Assembly: GCF_006345805.1 (NCBI RefSeq) | Contig: NC_043005.1 | Location: 35,836,001 to 35,900,000, forward strand | Origin: Octopus sinensis | Taxonomy: Eukaryota | DNA length: 64,000 bases | Reading direction: 5' to 3' | In this document: piece by piece, positions 1-12,584 of the stretch | Position numbering within the stretch: position 1 is the first letter of the stretch | How the letters are laid out: the number at the start of each line of letters is the position of its first letter | The notes under the pieces: model-generated | The model's database searches: none | Told to the model about the DNA's origin: nothing | Seen by the model: only the letters and a program-made list of their open reading frames with translations | Position numbers and translations under genes: made by a program

Positions 1-273
1 CCTGCTTATTGATAGAAATTGCAGTTCCTTCTGATCAAAATATTATTAAAAAAGAAGTGGAGAAATTGTCAAAGTACAAAGACCTTGAAATTGAAGTATT
101 CAAAATGTGGGACATGAAGATAAAAACAATACCAATAATAATTGGAGCATTGGGCATGACAAAAAACATAGAAGTTATAAAGCTATACCTGGAGCCTCAA
201 TACTACACATTGTTCCAAAACTAGCCCTGCTAGGAACAGCCTGCATCCTACACAAGACACTATCAATCCAATA
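1..273 (+). mobile_element. 3' end of R4/Dong-like (RLE-bearing) non-LTR retrotransposon
   Basis: IEIAVPSDQNIIKKEVEKLSKYKDLEIEVFKMW...PIIIGALG and, frameshifted, LALLGTACILHKTL*; typical C-terminal restriction-like endonuclease region. Confidence 0.8.
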
Positions 274-599
274 ATACAACCTAAACAAAACAACGCACAA
301 ATACAAGGACACACTCTATACAGTATTTACTCAGTGAAATAAACTTCCACCAGCAAGCTAGATAACCAATGCATTACACACTCAACACACAATACAAGCA
401 GTAACACAACGAAAGACTGAACCACACCTCAAGTGGGAAAAAACACAATACAGTACTGGGAAGAGTTTGCACATTCCCAACAGCAGAAAAGAACACACAA
501 TGCTGCACACACCCCAGAAACACAGAGGTGTAGCAGGTGATGCAGTAGAAATTTGCCTCAAACTACCAAATGTTGAACAGTTATATAATAATAATACTA

Positions 600-1455
600 T
601 AAAAACAAACAACTAGAGTAAAAATATATATGGGGAGAATGTGTCAGAAAAATGTTGAGCCTGTGGATCTTGGAATGAGACAGTGGCACAAATTGTGGGA
701 GAATGCTCCAAGTTGGCACAGGAAAAATATAAGAAATTGAGGCACGACCAGGTTGTACAAATTTTACACTGGAAACTGTGCCAGAAATGGAGATTTGAAG
801 CAAGAAACACATGGCACAATCATTGAGTCAAAAGAGTATTGGAATTGGAGAAAAGTAAGATTTTGTGGGACTTTCCTATTGAAACGGGCATGAAGTTAGA
901 AAATAATAGACCAGACATTACAATTATAGATAAGGGAAAGTGAAATTGCTTACTTATTGACCCATCATGCCTGTTTGATTCCAGGATCATAACGAAAGAG
1001 GAAGAAAAAGTAAAAAAATACAATCCTTTAAATTTTGAAATAGGAAGAATTTGGAGCATGTGAACAGTAAAGACTGTCCTTATAATAATTGGTGCATTGG
1101 GAACAGTAAAAATATAGATATATATATAATTAAAATCTTAGGGTAGCAAGAATATTCATAGAAAAATTCTTAGTTACCAGTGGTCTAGCGAGAAAGGAAA
1201 AATTAGTCAATAGACTATATATTATTCAAAGAAGAATACAGTGTACGTTCAGACACAAAAAAGATACCCGAAGAATAGGATATCTGACTCGCTAGAAAGA
1301 GCAGTTAAAACTCCAAGCCACCAACTGTTGTAATTTCGAAAGTGACTGGAAAATAAAGAAGGAAATTGAAATAGAATGCCCAGTAGGGCTCCTACAGAAA
1401 GTTTGTCTCTTAGGGACAGCAAGGATTATCAAGAAGATTCTAAGCACTTGAAAAA
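600..1455 (+). mobile_element. decayed R4/Dong-like retrotransposon C-terminus, interrupted by a ~230-bp insert (1110-1337)
   Basis: Zn-knuckle remnant (ETVAQIVGECSKLAQEKYKKLRHDQV..LHWKLC), KILWDFPIET..NNRPDI, IIGALGTV, resuming at ECPVGLLQKVCLLGTARIIKKIL*. Confidence 0.8.
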
Positions 1456-1638
1456 CTGCTGAAAATTTGTGGATACCTAAGGTTACAGGTAGTAACCTGC
1501 TACCCACCTAAATCCTACCTGGAATAAGATTGAACCTGAGCCAAATCAAAATGGTGATGATGATGATGATGAAATTGATGAAATTGATGATGATGATGAT
1601 AATAATAATAATCATAATAATAATAGAAATACACTCAC

Positions 1639-1838
1639 ACGTCCAGTGCAACTATTTGCACATTGTGAATGGCATTTCTTGCAGATTTTATTACCAGCGT
1701 CGTAATGTAATGGCACACTGGAGCAAGAAGCAACACAAAGATTTATTTTCTTAATACAGTAATTGGCACAGCTTAAGCATTGTTTAGGACCAGCGCCCCA
1801 ACATCCATTCTTGCATTGAGGATCACATGTCTTATTTC
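1639..1838 (-). CDS. EGFR: EGFR exon, Cys-rich 2 (200 nt, phase 1-0), missed by the ORF track
   Basis: ttcttcag|GAAATAAG...GGACGT|gtgagt; [66 protein letters not shown]. Confidence 0.95.
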
Positions 1839-4175
1839 CTGAAGAAGAAAATTACAGGGTTTATTTTTATATACAGAGTATTTTTTTCTTAAGTTATTAA
1901 TTGAAAAATAAAACAAGATAATGAAAAAACAACAACACTGATAACAGCAGTAACAAGAAAGTAAACAACAACAACCTAAATAAATAAATAGTAACAAGAA
2001 TTAAAATAATTGCAACAACAACAAGCATACTACACAGTGAGGTAAAAAGGTAAAGGTAAAGTGGCTGTGTGGTAAGTAGCTTGCTTACCAACCACATGGT
2101 TCCCGGTTCAGTCCCACTGCGTGGCACCTTGGTCAAGTGACTTCTACTATAGCCTCAGGCCGACCAAAGCCTTGTGAGTGGATTTGGTGGACGGAAACTG
2201 AAAGAAGCCCGTCATATATATATATATCTGTGTGTTTGTGTTTGTCCCCCCAACATCGCTTGACAAACGATGCTGATGTGTTAACGTCTCCATAACTTAG
2301 CGGTTCAGCAAGAGAAACCGATCAAATAAGTACTAGGCTTACAAAGAATAAGCTCCAGCATGGTCACAGTCAAATGACTGAAACAAATAAAAGAATAAAA
2401 GAATATTCAAGTCATGCTGACTCATAAGGGTCAGTTTCCTGGTCTCGTGGCATATAAATTCTAAATATATATATATATATATAGGTGCAGGCGTTGCTGT
2501 GTGGTAAGTAGCTTGCTTACCAACCACATGGTTCCGGGTTCAGTCCCACTGCGTGGCCTCGGACCAACCAAAAGCTTTGTGAGTCGATTTGGTAGACGAA
2601 AACTGAAAGAATCCTGTCATGCGTGTGTGTGTGTGTATGTTTGTGTGTCTGTGTTTGTCCCCTCACCATCGCTTGACAACTGATTTTGGTGTGTTCATGT
2701 CTCCGTAACTTAGGGATTCGGCAAAAGAGACCGATAGAATAAGTACTAGGCTTACTAAGTATAAGTCCTGGGGTTGATTTGCTCGACTAAAGGCAGTTCT
2801 CCAGCATGGCTGCAGTCAAATGACAGAAACAGTTAAAAGAATAAAAGAAAACATACATTTTATACACATACAGGGTTTGACAAAATAATGTAAACACCTA
2901 GTATCATAGCATCATAATTTTGAAATATCTATAAAACCATCAAAACCCTGTTTATTTTCATGGTTTTTGATTTATAGTGTTGCTTAATATGTTTTGCTAA
3001 AATTGCTGTTTCTTTCAGATATAATCAGAAAAAAGGTAATTAAAATTCATTAAAATGACAGATCTATTGGACTTTCAAAGAGGGTAAATTGCTGGTGCTT
3101 GTATGGCAGGCACAAGTGTAATGAAAACAGCCAAAATGTTTGGTATATCAAGAAGTACTGTCTCAAAATTAATGACAGCCTTTGAGAAAGAGGGAAAAAC
3201 CTCCTCGTCGAAACAAAACTCTGGAAGAAAACCAAAACATTCAGATAAGGACTGATGGACTCTTATGCAAATTGTTAGAAAGGATCACAAAAGTACAGCT
3301 CCCAAAATTACTGCAGAGTTTAATGACCACCTCAAGAACCTAGTTTCCACAAAAACTGTTTGCTGGGAGCTGCACAAAGCTGGATTTCATGGGAGGGCTG
3401 CAATCGGAAAACCACTACTTTCAAAAACAAACATTGCAAAGCATTTAGAGTGGAGTAAACCCAATAGAACACCTAGAGCAGTGGAAGAATGTTATTTTCT
3501 TGGACGAGTCATCCTTTACCTTATTTCTGACCACCAGCCAAGTATACATGTGGAGACAGCCAAAAGAAGCATTTGACCCAGACTGCCTTCTTCCAAATGT
3601 TAAACATGGAGGAGAATCTGTGATGATCTGTGGTGGGGTGGGCTATATCTTGGAAATCTGCCAGCCTAATGGTTTCCTTTCATGGCAGAATTAACAGTCA
3701 AGACTATTTAAACATTTTATCTATTCAAGTTCATCCTTTGGCTGCGGAACTATTTCTGGAGGGAAATACAATCTTTCAGGATGATAATGCACCAATTCAC
3801 AGGGCAAAGGTGGTACTGAATGGCATGAGGAACATTCTAGTGAAGATGAACATCTTATCTGGCCCCCACAGTCCCCAGATCTCAATATTATTGAACATTT
3901 ATGATACATTTTAGAAAAACAATTAAGGAGTCGATATACTCCACCATCATCACAACAAGAACTGAAGACTGTTTTAGCTGAAGAATGGACAAAAATTCCT
4001 TTGGAAACAATTCAAAATTTGTACGAGTCCATACCTCATACAATTCAAGCTGTAATTACAGCCAAAGGTGGTCCTACCCCTACTAAAATAAATTTGTTAG
4101 AAATTTTAAGGTGTTTTCATTATTTTGTTCAACCCCTGTACATACATATACACATACATAAATATGCACATACAT

Positions 4176-4268
<93 letters not shown>

Positions 4269-6448
4269 GATACATGCATATACACATACACACACACACA
4301 CAAACACAACATTAATACATATAGCTAATTACAATTATGCTCAAAAGGAAATCTTACCACATGTATCACTATTATCAAACACATACTCTTTCTGGCCAGC
4401 AGTCATAAATATTGATCTGAACACTATGGTCTCAGCATAACACAATTTCTTATTTCCATTGACGACCACATTGCCATTGCGGATTTGTTTTAATTTAGTC
4501 AAGCCAAGAGACAACAGATTAGTTCCCGAGATGAACAAAGATTTCTCTCTAAAATAGATAAATAAAGCAAAAAAATAAAAAAAAGAGAGAAAAAGTAAAG
4601 AGAAGAACAAGAATTACAATAGAATTAAAAAGAATATTAAAATGTAATTTTTAAAATATTTTGGATTTAGATAATGTCTTCTGAATTAGGCACAAGGCCA
4701 ACAATTTGGGGGGTGGGGTGGGGTTAGTGAAGGTATATGGTTGAGTAGTCAGGGTATTGCATTCATGAGTGAAAGATCATCGTTTCAATTCCTGGATCAG
4801 AAAGTATATTGTCTTCTTTGGCAAAACACTTCATTTTACGTTGCTCCAGTTCACTCAGCTGCAAATCCTGTGAAAAACTGGCATCCTTTACAAGGGATGG
4901 ACATGATAGCAAGTCAAGTATACACCATGGAAAGTGGGATATCAATCCTATCAGTCCTTGGACTTGAGAAAGTAATAAGTTAAGTTAAATTAAGTTAATT
5001 TTTTGGCTCAAAAAGCAAAAGCAAGGCCATGTAGGGAGACATGGAGTTATGTATAGGGAGGGTGTTCATGCAAAGAGTTCAGGCCATTTCTGGTCAAGAG
5101 TGTCTTTGAACCAAGTGGTCATCGGCATCTTCACTATCTCGTCCGGCAGCTTATTCCACGGATTTGCAACCCGGACGGAGAAAGCCCCTCTCCTTCGATT
5201 GAGATAAAATCGTCGCAGATAGAGCTTTTCAGAGTGACCCCGCAGCCGACGCTCTGGAGCAAGAGTGAAGAACAGCTCTTTCGAGAGATTACACTTTCCG
5301 CTTATGATGTTGTGAGTGAGAATGAGATCAGCACGGCGGCGTCATTTTTCTAGAGAATAAAGGTCAAGCATCTTCAGCCTTTCTTCATAAGACAAACGCT
5401 TGAGACCAAGAACCATGTGGGTAGCCAGCTTCTGGATGATGATGGTGATGATGATCATCATCATTCTCATCCAGCAACTTTAGTACTTGACTGGTCTTCT
5501 ATTTTATCAATCCCAGAGAAATTAAGAGCAAATTCGACCTAGGTGAGTGAGTTTTGAACTCAGAATGTATAGAGCAGGAAGAAATATTGGTTTCTCTCCT
5601 GTCCTCTCTTTGACAAGTGTATCATAGCTATCATGCCCCCACCCCAGTATACCAGTGGTTACTACTCACTGCATTCCTCTTTCACTTCCTTGTACCTTGA
5701 GGATATACCCAGGCACATCTTCACCACCATCCTCTCTCTCTCTCTCTCTCTTTCTCTGAAGTAGTTGTGTATCTCCTTTACAGCAAGACACCTTTCTCTG
5801 TCCCTCCTTGATGCATTTTAACCACTCATAACCCAGCACAAAGCCACATCCTGCAATATCACTTTCCCTCTCAGTTGAGGGGTCTTTCTTATGCATGTTA
5901 TTTGGTGACCCTTTCAGTGCTGGTGCTACATTAAAAACACCCAATACACTCTGTTAAGTAGATGGTGTGAGGATGGGCATCCAGCTGTAGAAACCATACC
6001 AAAGCAGAGAGCAGAGTTGGCCACAATCCTCTAGTCTGCCAGCACCAGTCAAACTGTCCAAACCATGCCAGGAGGGAAAATGGATGTTAAATGATGATGA
6101 TTATGATATATGTATATAGTTCAATCCATGGAACACAGACATTAAATAATAATATATAATATATACATATTGTTATATTTTGGGATGGTCATGCTTTTTT
6201 CTTTTTTTTTTCTTTTTTTTTTATACCATTTAGCCACAAGCACTATATACTTCACTCCAGCTTTATTATTATTTCATATTGTAGTGTCCATTGTCTGAAA
6301 AATTTTGTCACACACGATTTCACATCAGGAAGCTTACAAAACAATTATTATATATATATATTATCTAGCAAAAACTGTGTATGAGACAGAGAAATACTGA
6401 GTGAGATTTCTCAAGTGCTTTTGTATGTATATATATATATATATATAT

Positions 6449-6504
<56 letters not shown>

Positions 6505-6532
6505 ATATATATATATATATGTATATGTTATA

Positions 6533-6578
<46 letters not shown>

Positions 6579-6641
6579 ATATGTATATGTATATATATAT
6601 ATATGTATATGTATATGTATATATATATAAATATATATATA

Positions 6642-6685
<44 letters not shown>

Positions 6686-6811
6686 CATACAAAAGCACAT
6701 GAGAAATCTCACTCAGTATTTCTCTGTCTCATACACACATACACATATTACACGATTGGTATATGAACAGATATTCACATGAACACACACACGCACAGAG
6801 AGAGAGGAGAG

Positions 6812-6853
<42 letters not shown>

Positions 6854-9800
6854 TATGTATACTTACTCTATGGCTTCATTGCGTCCACCAATAACTTCAA
6901 GGTTTTCTAGAAATGACAGGGTTTCCAACTCGGTTGGGCTTGCATGAATAACTAAATAACCTGTTATTTCTCGAATGGTTTTTAGATAGTCAAGATCGCT
7001 GATGCTCAAAGCACTAATGTCGCCTTTGCTGTCTCTGAAACACATACAAATAATTTTATAGTTTTTGATGCTTTATAAATCATGTCTTTTATCTTTTATC
7101 ACTTACGGGTTTCAGTCATTAGACAGCAGCCATGCTGAGTCACAGCCTTGAAGAATTGTGTCTTTTACTTGAATGAATAAATCCTAGTACCACTTTTTTT
7201 TACAGCCTGGTAATTATTCTGTTGATCTCTTATGCCAAACTGCTAAGCTATGAGAATGCAAACACACCAACACCTATTGTCAAGCTGTGGTGGGAGACAA
7301 ACACAGACACAAAGACACACACATACACGCACACATTATATGATGGGTTTCTTTTAGTTTTCTTCTACCACATCCACTCACGTAACTTTGGTTGACCTGA
7401 AGCTATAGTAGCAGACACTTGCCCAAGATGCCATGCAGTGGGACTGAACTTGGAACCATGTGTTTGGGAAGCAACCTTCTTACCACACAGCCATACATGC
7501 ACATATTTAAATCTTTTCTGTATATAATTGTCTGTTGTCATTGTACTTCACTACACTATAAGGTTGGTAAGAAATGCGATAAGAAAACAAAGATCAAATA
7601 TCACCAGTAAGCACTAATGTGGTCCTCTATCAAGAGACCTCTTTCAGCAAATAATGTGCTTCAGGTTTATAGTTCTTTATTTCTCTGTTTTAAAATTTAC
7701 ATATGTATACACCAATGTATATATGTTCCGTACCTAAGATACATGTGTTTCTGTATACACCTATATGAGAAGACCTATCCCTTCCCAGTAAAAACGGGGC
7801 TTAAAAGCCCATCAACAATATCTTTGCATCCTACATCTAACATGTACCTATCACATTTCCCAGCCTTCATCTTCGCAACACCCACCCCTCTGACAACAGC
7901 ACTATTGCTCAATTATTATAAGTATATGGCATGTAGGTGTGTGGTTTTGTGGTTGTGGTATTTGGTAAGGCGGCAAGATGGCAGAAACGTTAGCACGCCG
8001 GGCGAAATGCTTAGCGGTATTTCGTCTGTCGTTACGTTGTGAGTTCAAATTCCACCGAGGCTAACTTTGGAGTCGATAAATTAAGTACCAGTTACGCACT
8101 GGGGTCGATGTACTCGATTTAATACCTAAGTCTGTCCTTGTTTGTCCCCTCTATGTTTAACCCCTTGTGGGTAGTAAAGAAATAGGTTGTGGTATTTGGC
8201 TAATGCTGTGAGTTTGACTCCTGGAAGCATGTAGTGTCCTTGAGCAAGACACTTCATTTCCCATTGCTCCAACCCACTCAGATGACAAAAATGAGGAGTA
8301 CCCGTATTTCAAATGGGCAGCCTTGTCCCATGTGGGGATAGAAGATGCACAGCGACAGAGGTCTGATACACATAAGGGTGGATATGTCATGTTGAATATC
8401 CCCGAGACCTATATTATGGGTATGTGTGTGAAAGGCTCAGCCACTTGCACATTGATTTCACAAGAGGGCTGTTCTATTGATTGAATCAACTGGAATACTC
8501 TTTGTCATAATTGACAGAATGCCAGTCAAATATATGGCAACTGAACTGCACATATTACTCCCTTGTTTTGTGCTACCAGTAATCCCTTGTCTTGGAACCA
8601 CTCCCCTTGGCACCCATCCCATACTTACAACATCATTTGAACAGCTCATCTCTGCTATCAACACTCCTTTTGTAACTGACTATATCCACCCCTATGCATG
8701 TCAGATCTCTGTCACTGTGCATCTTCTCTCCCAAAATATCACTTAATCCCCACTACCTACACATTCAGCCATTCTTGATGGATTCTCTGTCCACCCATCT
8801 CTCCTCTATCAATTCCTATTCTCTCTCTATCCACCTTAAGTTACACCTCAATACCCCATCTCCTTTTCCTGTACCTACCCTACAGCAAGACATCTGTTCC
8901 TTCCCTCTTTCTTGCTAATACTGTATATGACTGGCATAAAGCTATCTCTCTCACTATTACATACCCACCCTGTGAAAGTTCTTTGTCTTTCAAATTACTT
9001 GACAATCTCACAAGTGCTGGTGCCATAAAAAAGCACCCAGTACACTCAGTAAAGTGGCTGGCATTAAGAAAAGGCATCAAGTTGAAGGAACCATGCCAAA
9101 GCAAACGTGAAAGTTTGGCATTGTCATCTTACAAGTTGGATTCTGTCAAAGTCTTCAATCTATGCCAGCATGGAACATAGATGTTAAATGATGAGACTGA
9201 TGATGATTATTATGATGATGATATATATGTGTGTGTAAGGCAGTGAACCAGCAGAATTGTTAGCATGTCAAGCAAAATGTTTAGAGGCATTTCTCACACA
9301 GACAAACAGACAGACAGATAGATAGATATAGGTGTAGCAGTGTGGTAAGAAGCTTACTTCCCAACCACATGGTTCTGGGTTCAGTCCCACTGCATGGCAC
9401 CTTGAACTGACTCAAAAGGCTGTTGAGTGGATTTGGCAGACAGAAACTGAAAGAAGCTTGGATATGTGTGTGTGCGTGTGTGTGTGTGTGTGTGTTTATG
9501 TTTGTGTTTGTATGTGTGTGTATATATATATGTACATATGTATATATGCGTGTGTATGTGTATGTGTATGTGATTTTGTCTCTGTGTTTACCTCCCTCCA
9601 CCACTAGACAACTGGTGTTGATGTGTTTACATTCCTGTAACTTAGCAGTTCAGCAAAAGAGACTGATAGAATAAATACTAGACCTAAAAAGAGAAAAAGC
9701 AGAAAACAAGTCCTGGAGGCAATTCATTTGACTAAAACACTTCAAGGCAGTGCCCCAACATGGCCACAGTCAAATGACTGAAACAATTAAAAACATAAAA

Positions 9801-12537
9801 AATATCTACACACACATGCAGAAAGGGCTTCTTTTACTACCTATGTACCAAATCTCCTCTCTAGGCATTGGATGGCCTAGGGTTATAATAGAAGACACTC
9901 GCCAAAAGTGCCGTAAAGTGGTGTTGAACCCCAAACGAGGTGGTTGAGAAGCAGACTTCTTGCTACACACACACACACACACACACACGCACATACACAC
10001 ACACACACACACGTATGTACACATATATTAAGACTGTGGTTTGAAAGTGTATTTGACAGCTATTTCTAGCATATTGAGTGACAATGTAAAGGCTCAGGAT
10101 GAGTTTTGATTGGGGTGATTCATTTAGGCCACATGACATTGTAACAATCAAGTAAACCACACTGAAGATTTAAAATGTTTTTACATTTGTAAATCCTTCT
10201 ATAATAATAAACGCGAAATTTTGTCTGGGACCCCTGTATCTCCGTCTACATTTGCTTTACATAGACATATTATACCTTTTTGGAATCAGGATGATCCCAA
10301 GATTGAAAATCTGCCCTTCATTTGGTTCAAGAACATCCAGCATAAGGATCTGATTTGAAAGCATTTGGGTGGCTATTTCTAGCAGGAAAAGCTTGGCTGA
10401 TTCATGCTATCTCGGTTGGCGTTAGACGACGTTAGAGATCAAGGGAGGAATAACTGGCATTTGCTTCGTTAATTTTATGTTGAGATAACAACTTTGGGAC
10501 AAATTGACCAACAGTTGGAATTCAACTTAGGACTGAAGAAGGCGGCGAGCTGGCAGAAACGTTAGCACGCCGGGCGAAATGCGTAGCCGTATTTCGTCTA
10601 CCGCTACGTTCTGAGTTCAAATTCCGCCGAGGTCGACTTTGCCTTTCATTCTTTCGGGGTCGATTAAATAGGTACCAGTTACGCACTGGAGTCGATGTAA
10701 TCGACTTGATCCTTATATATGTCCTTGTTTGTCCTCTCTACGTTTAGCCTCTTGTGGGCAATAAAGAAATTAGAGAATGACTACATTACAAAATTAATTC
10801 TCATCCGTCCTGGTCAAAGATCACCGGGGGCAATATAGTCATTATAGATTTATCATAGTCATGCTATTTAGCTCTCTTTAGTTTTGAGCCTTAGGCCCAA
10901 TTAGCCCTCCGCAGAAGCTAGCCTAATAGTCCACATGTTGCGCGGTTGTTAAGCTAGTGATGAATATAAAATGAAATGGCAAGGAAGATAACTCCATTAG
11001 AAATAATACAGAGTTATATTTCTTAGATAATCTAACTGCATTCATCTACGAAACGGATGATTTTAACTAAAATTTTACTTGGTACGTTTCTCGGGGCTTT
11101 AAAACTATCCATTTATAATTCACTCAGAGATAGAACATAATGGAACCCACAAAGAATCTCAAGTGCTAAAATTTGGCTCATACTAAGGAAATCATATATA
11201 ACCTTTGTGAGCCGCTCTCCGGCTATCTATCTGCGGCTTTATATAGCTATGGTAAGACCTCACCTGGAATTTGCATCACCGGTCTGGAACCCCTATCTTG
11301 CCCAGGACATCATTCGTCTGGAAGCTGTTCAGCGACGTGCAACCAAAAGAATACCCTCCATCAGGCATTTGCCATATCCTGAACGCCTTACTTCCCTGGG
11401 CATGGACACATTGAAACTCCGACGTCTGGCAGCTGACTTGGCAGACACCCATAAAATTATCAACCATCGCACAAACAATAACTCTGAGCACCTCTTCAAA
11501 CTCCACCCATCTAACACCCGTGGACATATTTAGAAAGTAAGAAAACAGCACAGCTCCCATGACTTCAGGAAACATTTTTTCACGCTGAGAGTTGCTGAAG
11601 CGTGGAACAAACTGCCGGCATCGGTTGTTAGTTGTCGGAGCACTGCATCCTTCAAAACTTCCATGCTTCCTGAGATTCGCCAACACTACACTTGATTTTC
11701 TTCCCTCCATACACACACAAGCATGTTCACTTTCCAGACATTTCTACATTACTGCATGTACTTTATATGCACTTTCTGACAAGTTGTGGTGCACCTGAGC
11801 ACTGTATACAATAATTTCATTATATATCATATATATTATATATAACCTCTTTGTGATCTATCGAGTATAATAATATAAAATATTGGATTTAATAACCAAA
11901 ATGATCAATTAGAGTGTGGAAGACAAATAAACCATTCCAAACACGAAAACTGTTGACTTCACTTAGACATTTATTATTTCAAGCTAAAATTTTCGTTGCA
12001 CTAGCTGCAGCCTGGTCACTAATACAATTCCACTATAACTAGTCTATAACAAGGCTGTTGGCCTGTATGTACATATAGGCTTCAGGGATTTTAATATAAT
12101 TATAATTTTTTTCTCTCTCATCTAAATAGGTCAGCCATTTTAGGTTGTCCTCAAGTGATGATTCTTGTAGGTCAGTTCATTTTTTTTAAATTCATGGTTG
12201 TGGTATGCACTTTCACTCTTGTTCTTCTCTCAGTGAGGGTGGTCACTTATGGCACTGAACAGGTATATTGGCCAACAGCCTTGTCCACAAACCAGTTGCA
12301 ACGAAACTGTGTCATTTACCAGGTTGCAATTATCTTTATCTTTACCCGTTTCAGTCATTTGACCGCAGCCATGCTGGAGCATTGCTTCGAAGGGTTTTAG
12401 TTGAACAAATTCACCCCAGAACTTATTTTTGTTAAGCCTAGGAATTATGCTATCAGTCTTTCTTGCGAAAGCATTAAATCATGGGGATGTAAATACACAA
12501 ACACCAATTGTCAAACAGGAGTGGGGGACAAACACAA

Positions 12538-12584
<47 letters not shown>

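Noticed and set aside
4083-4328. ORFs rich in YI/IY, CV, HT, poly-M/D/N/K/L (also 6361-6782, 28530-28977, 30547-31017, 38043-39169, 43998-44364 and others)
   Set aside because: Translations of (TA)n, (CA)n, (ATG)n, (AAT)n microsatellites; not genes.
10539-10630. tRNA genes at SINE heads
   Set aside because: A/B boxes are present but no cloverleaf; each continues into a multicopy SINE body.
10779-10840. GACTA...ATATAGTC resembling group I intron P7
   Set aside because: The upstream region where P3-P6 would lie is a SINE, and the other core elements are missing or out of order.
11276-11716. 146-aa minus-strand ORF
   Set aside because: Antisense shadow of the CR1/L2 LINE coding sequence.
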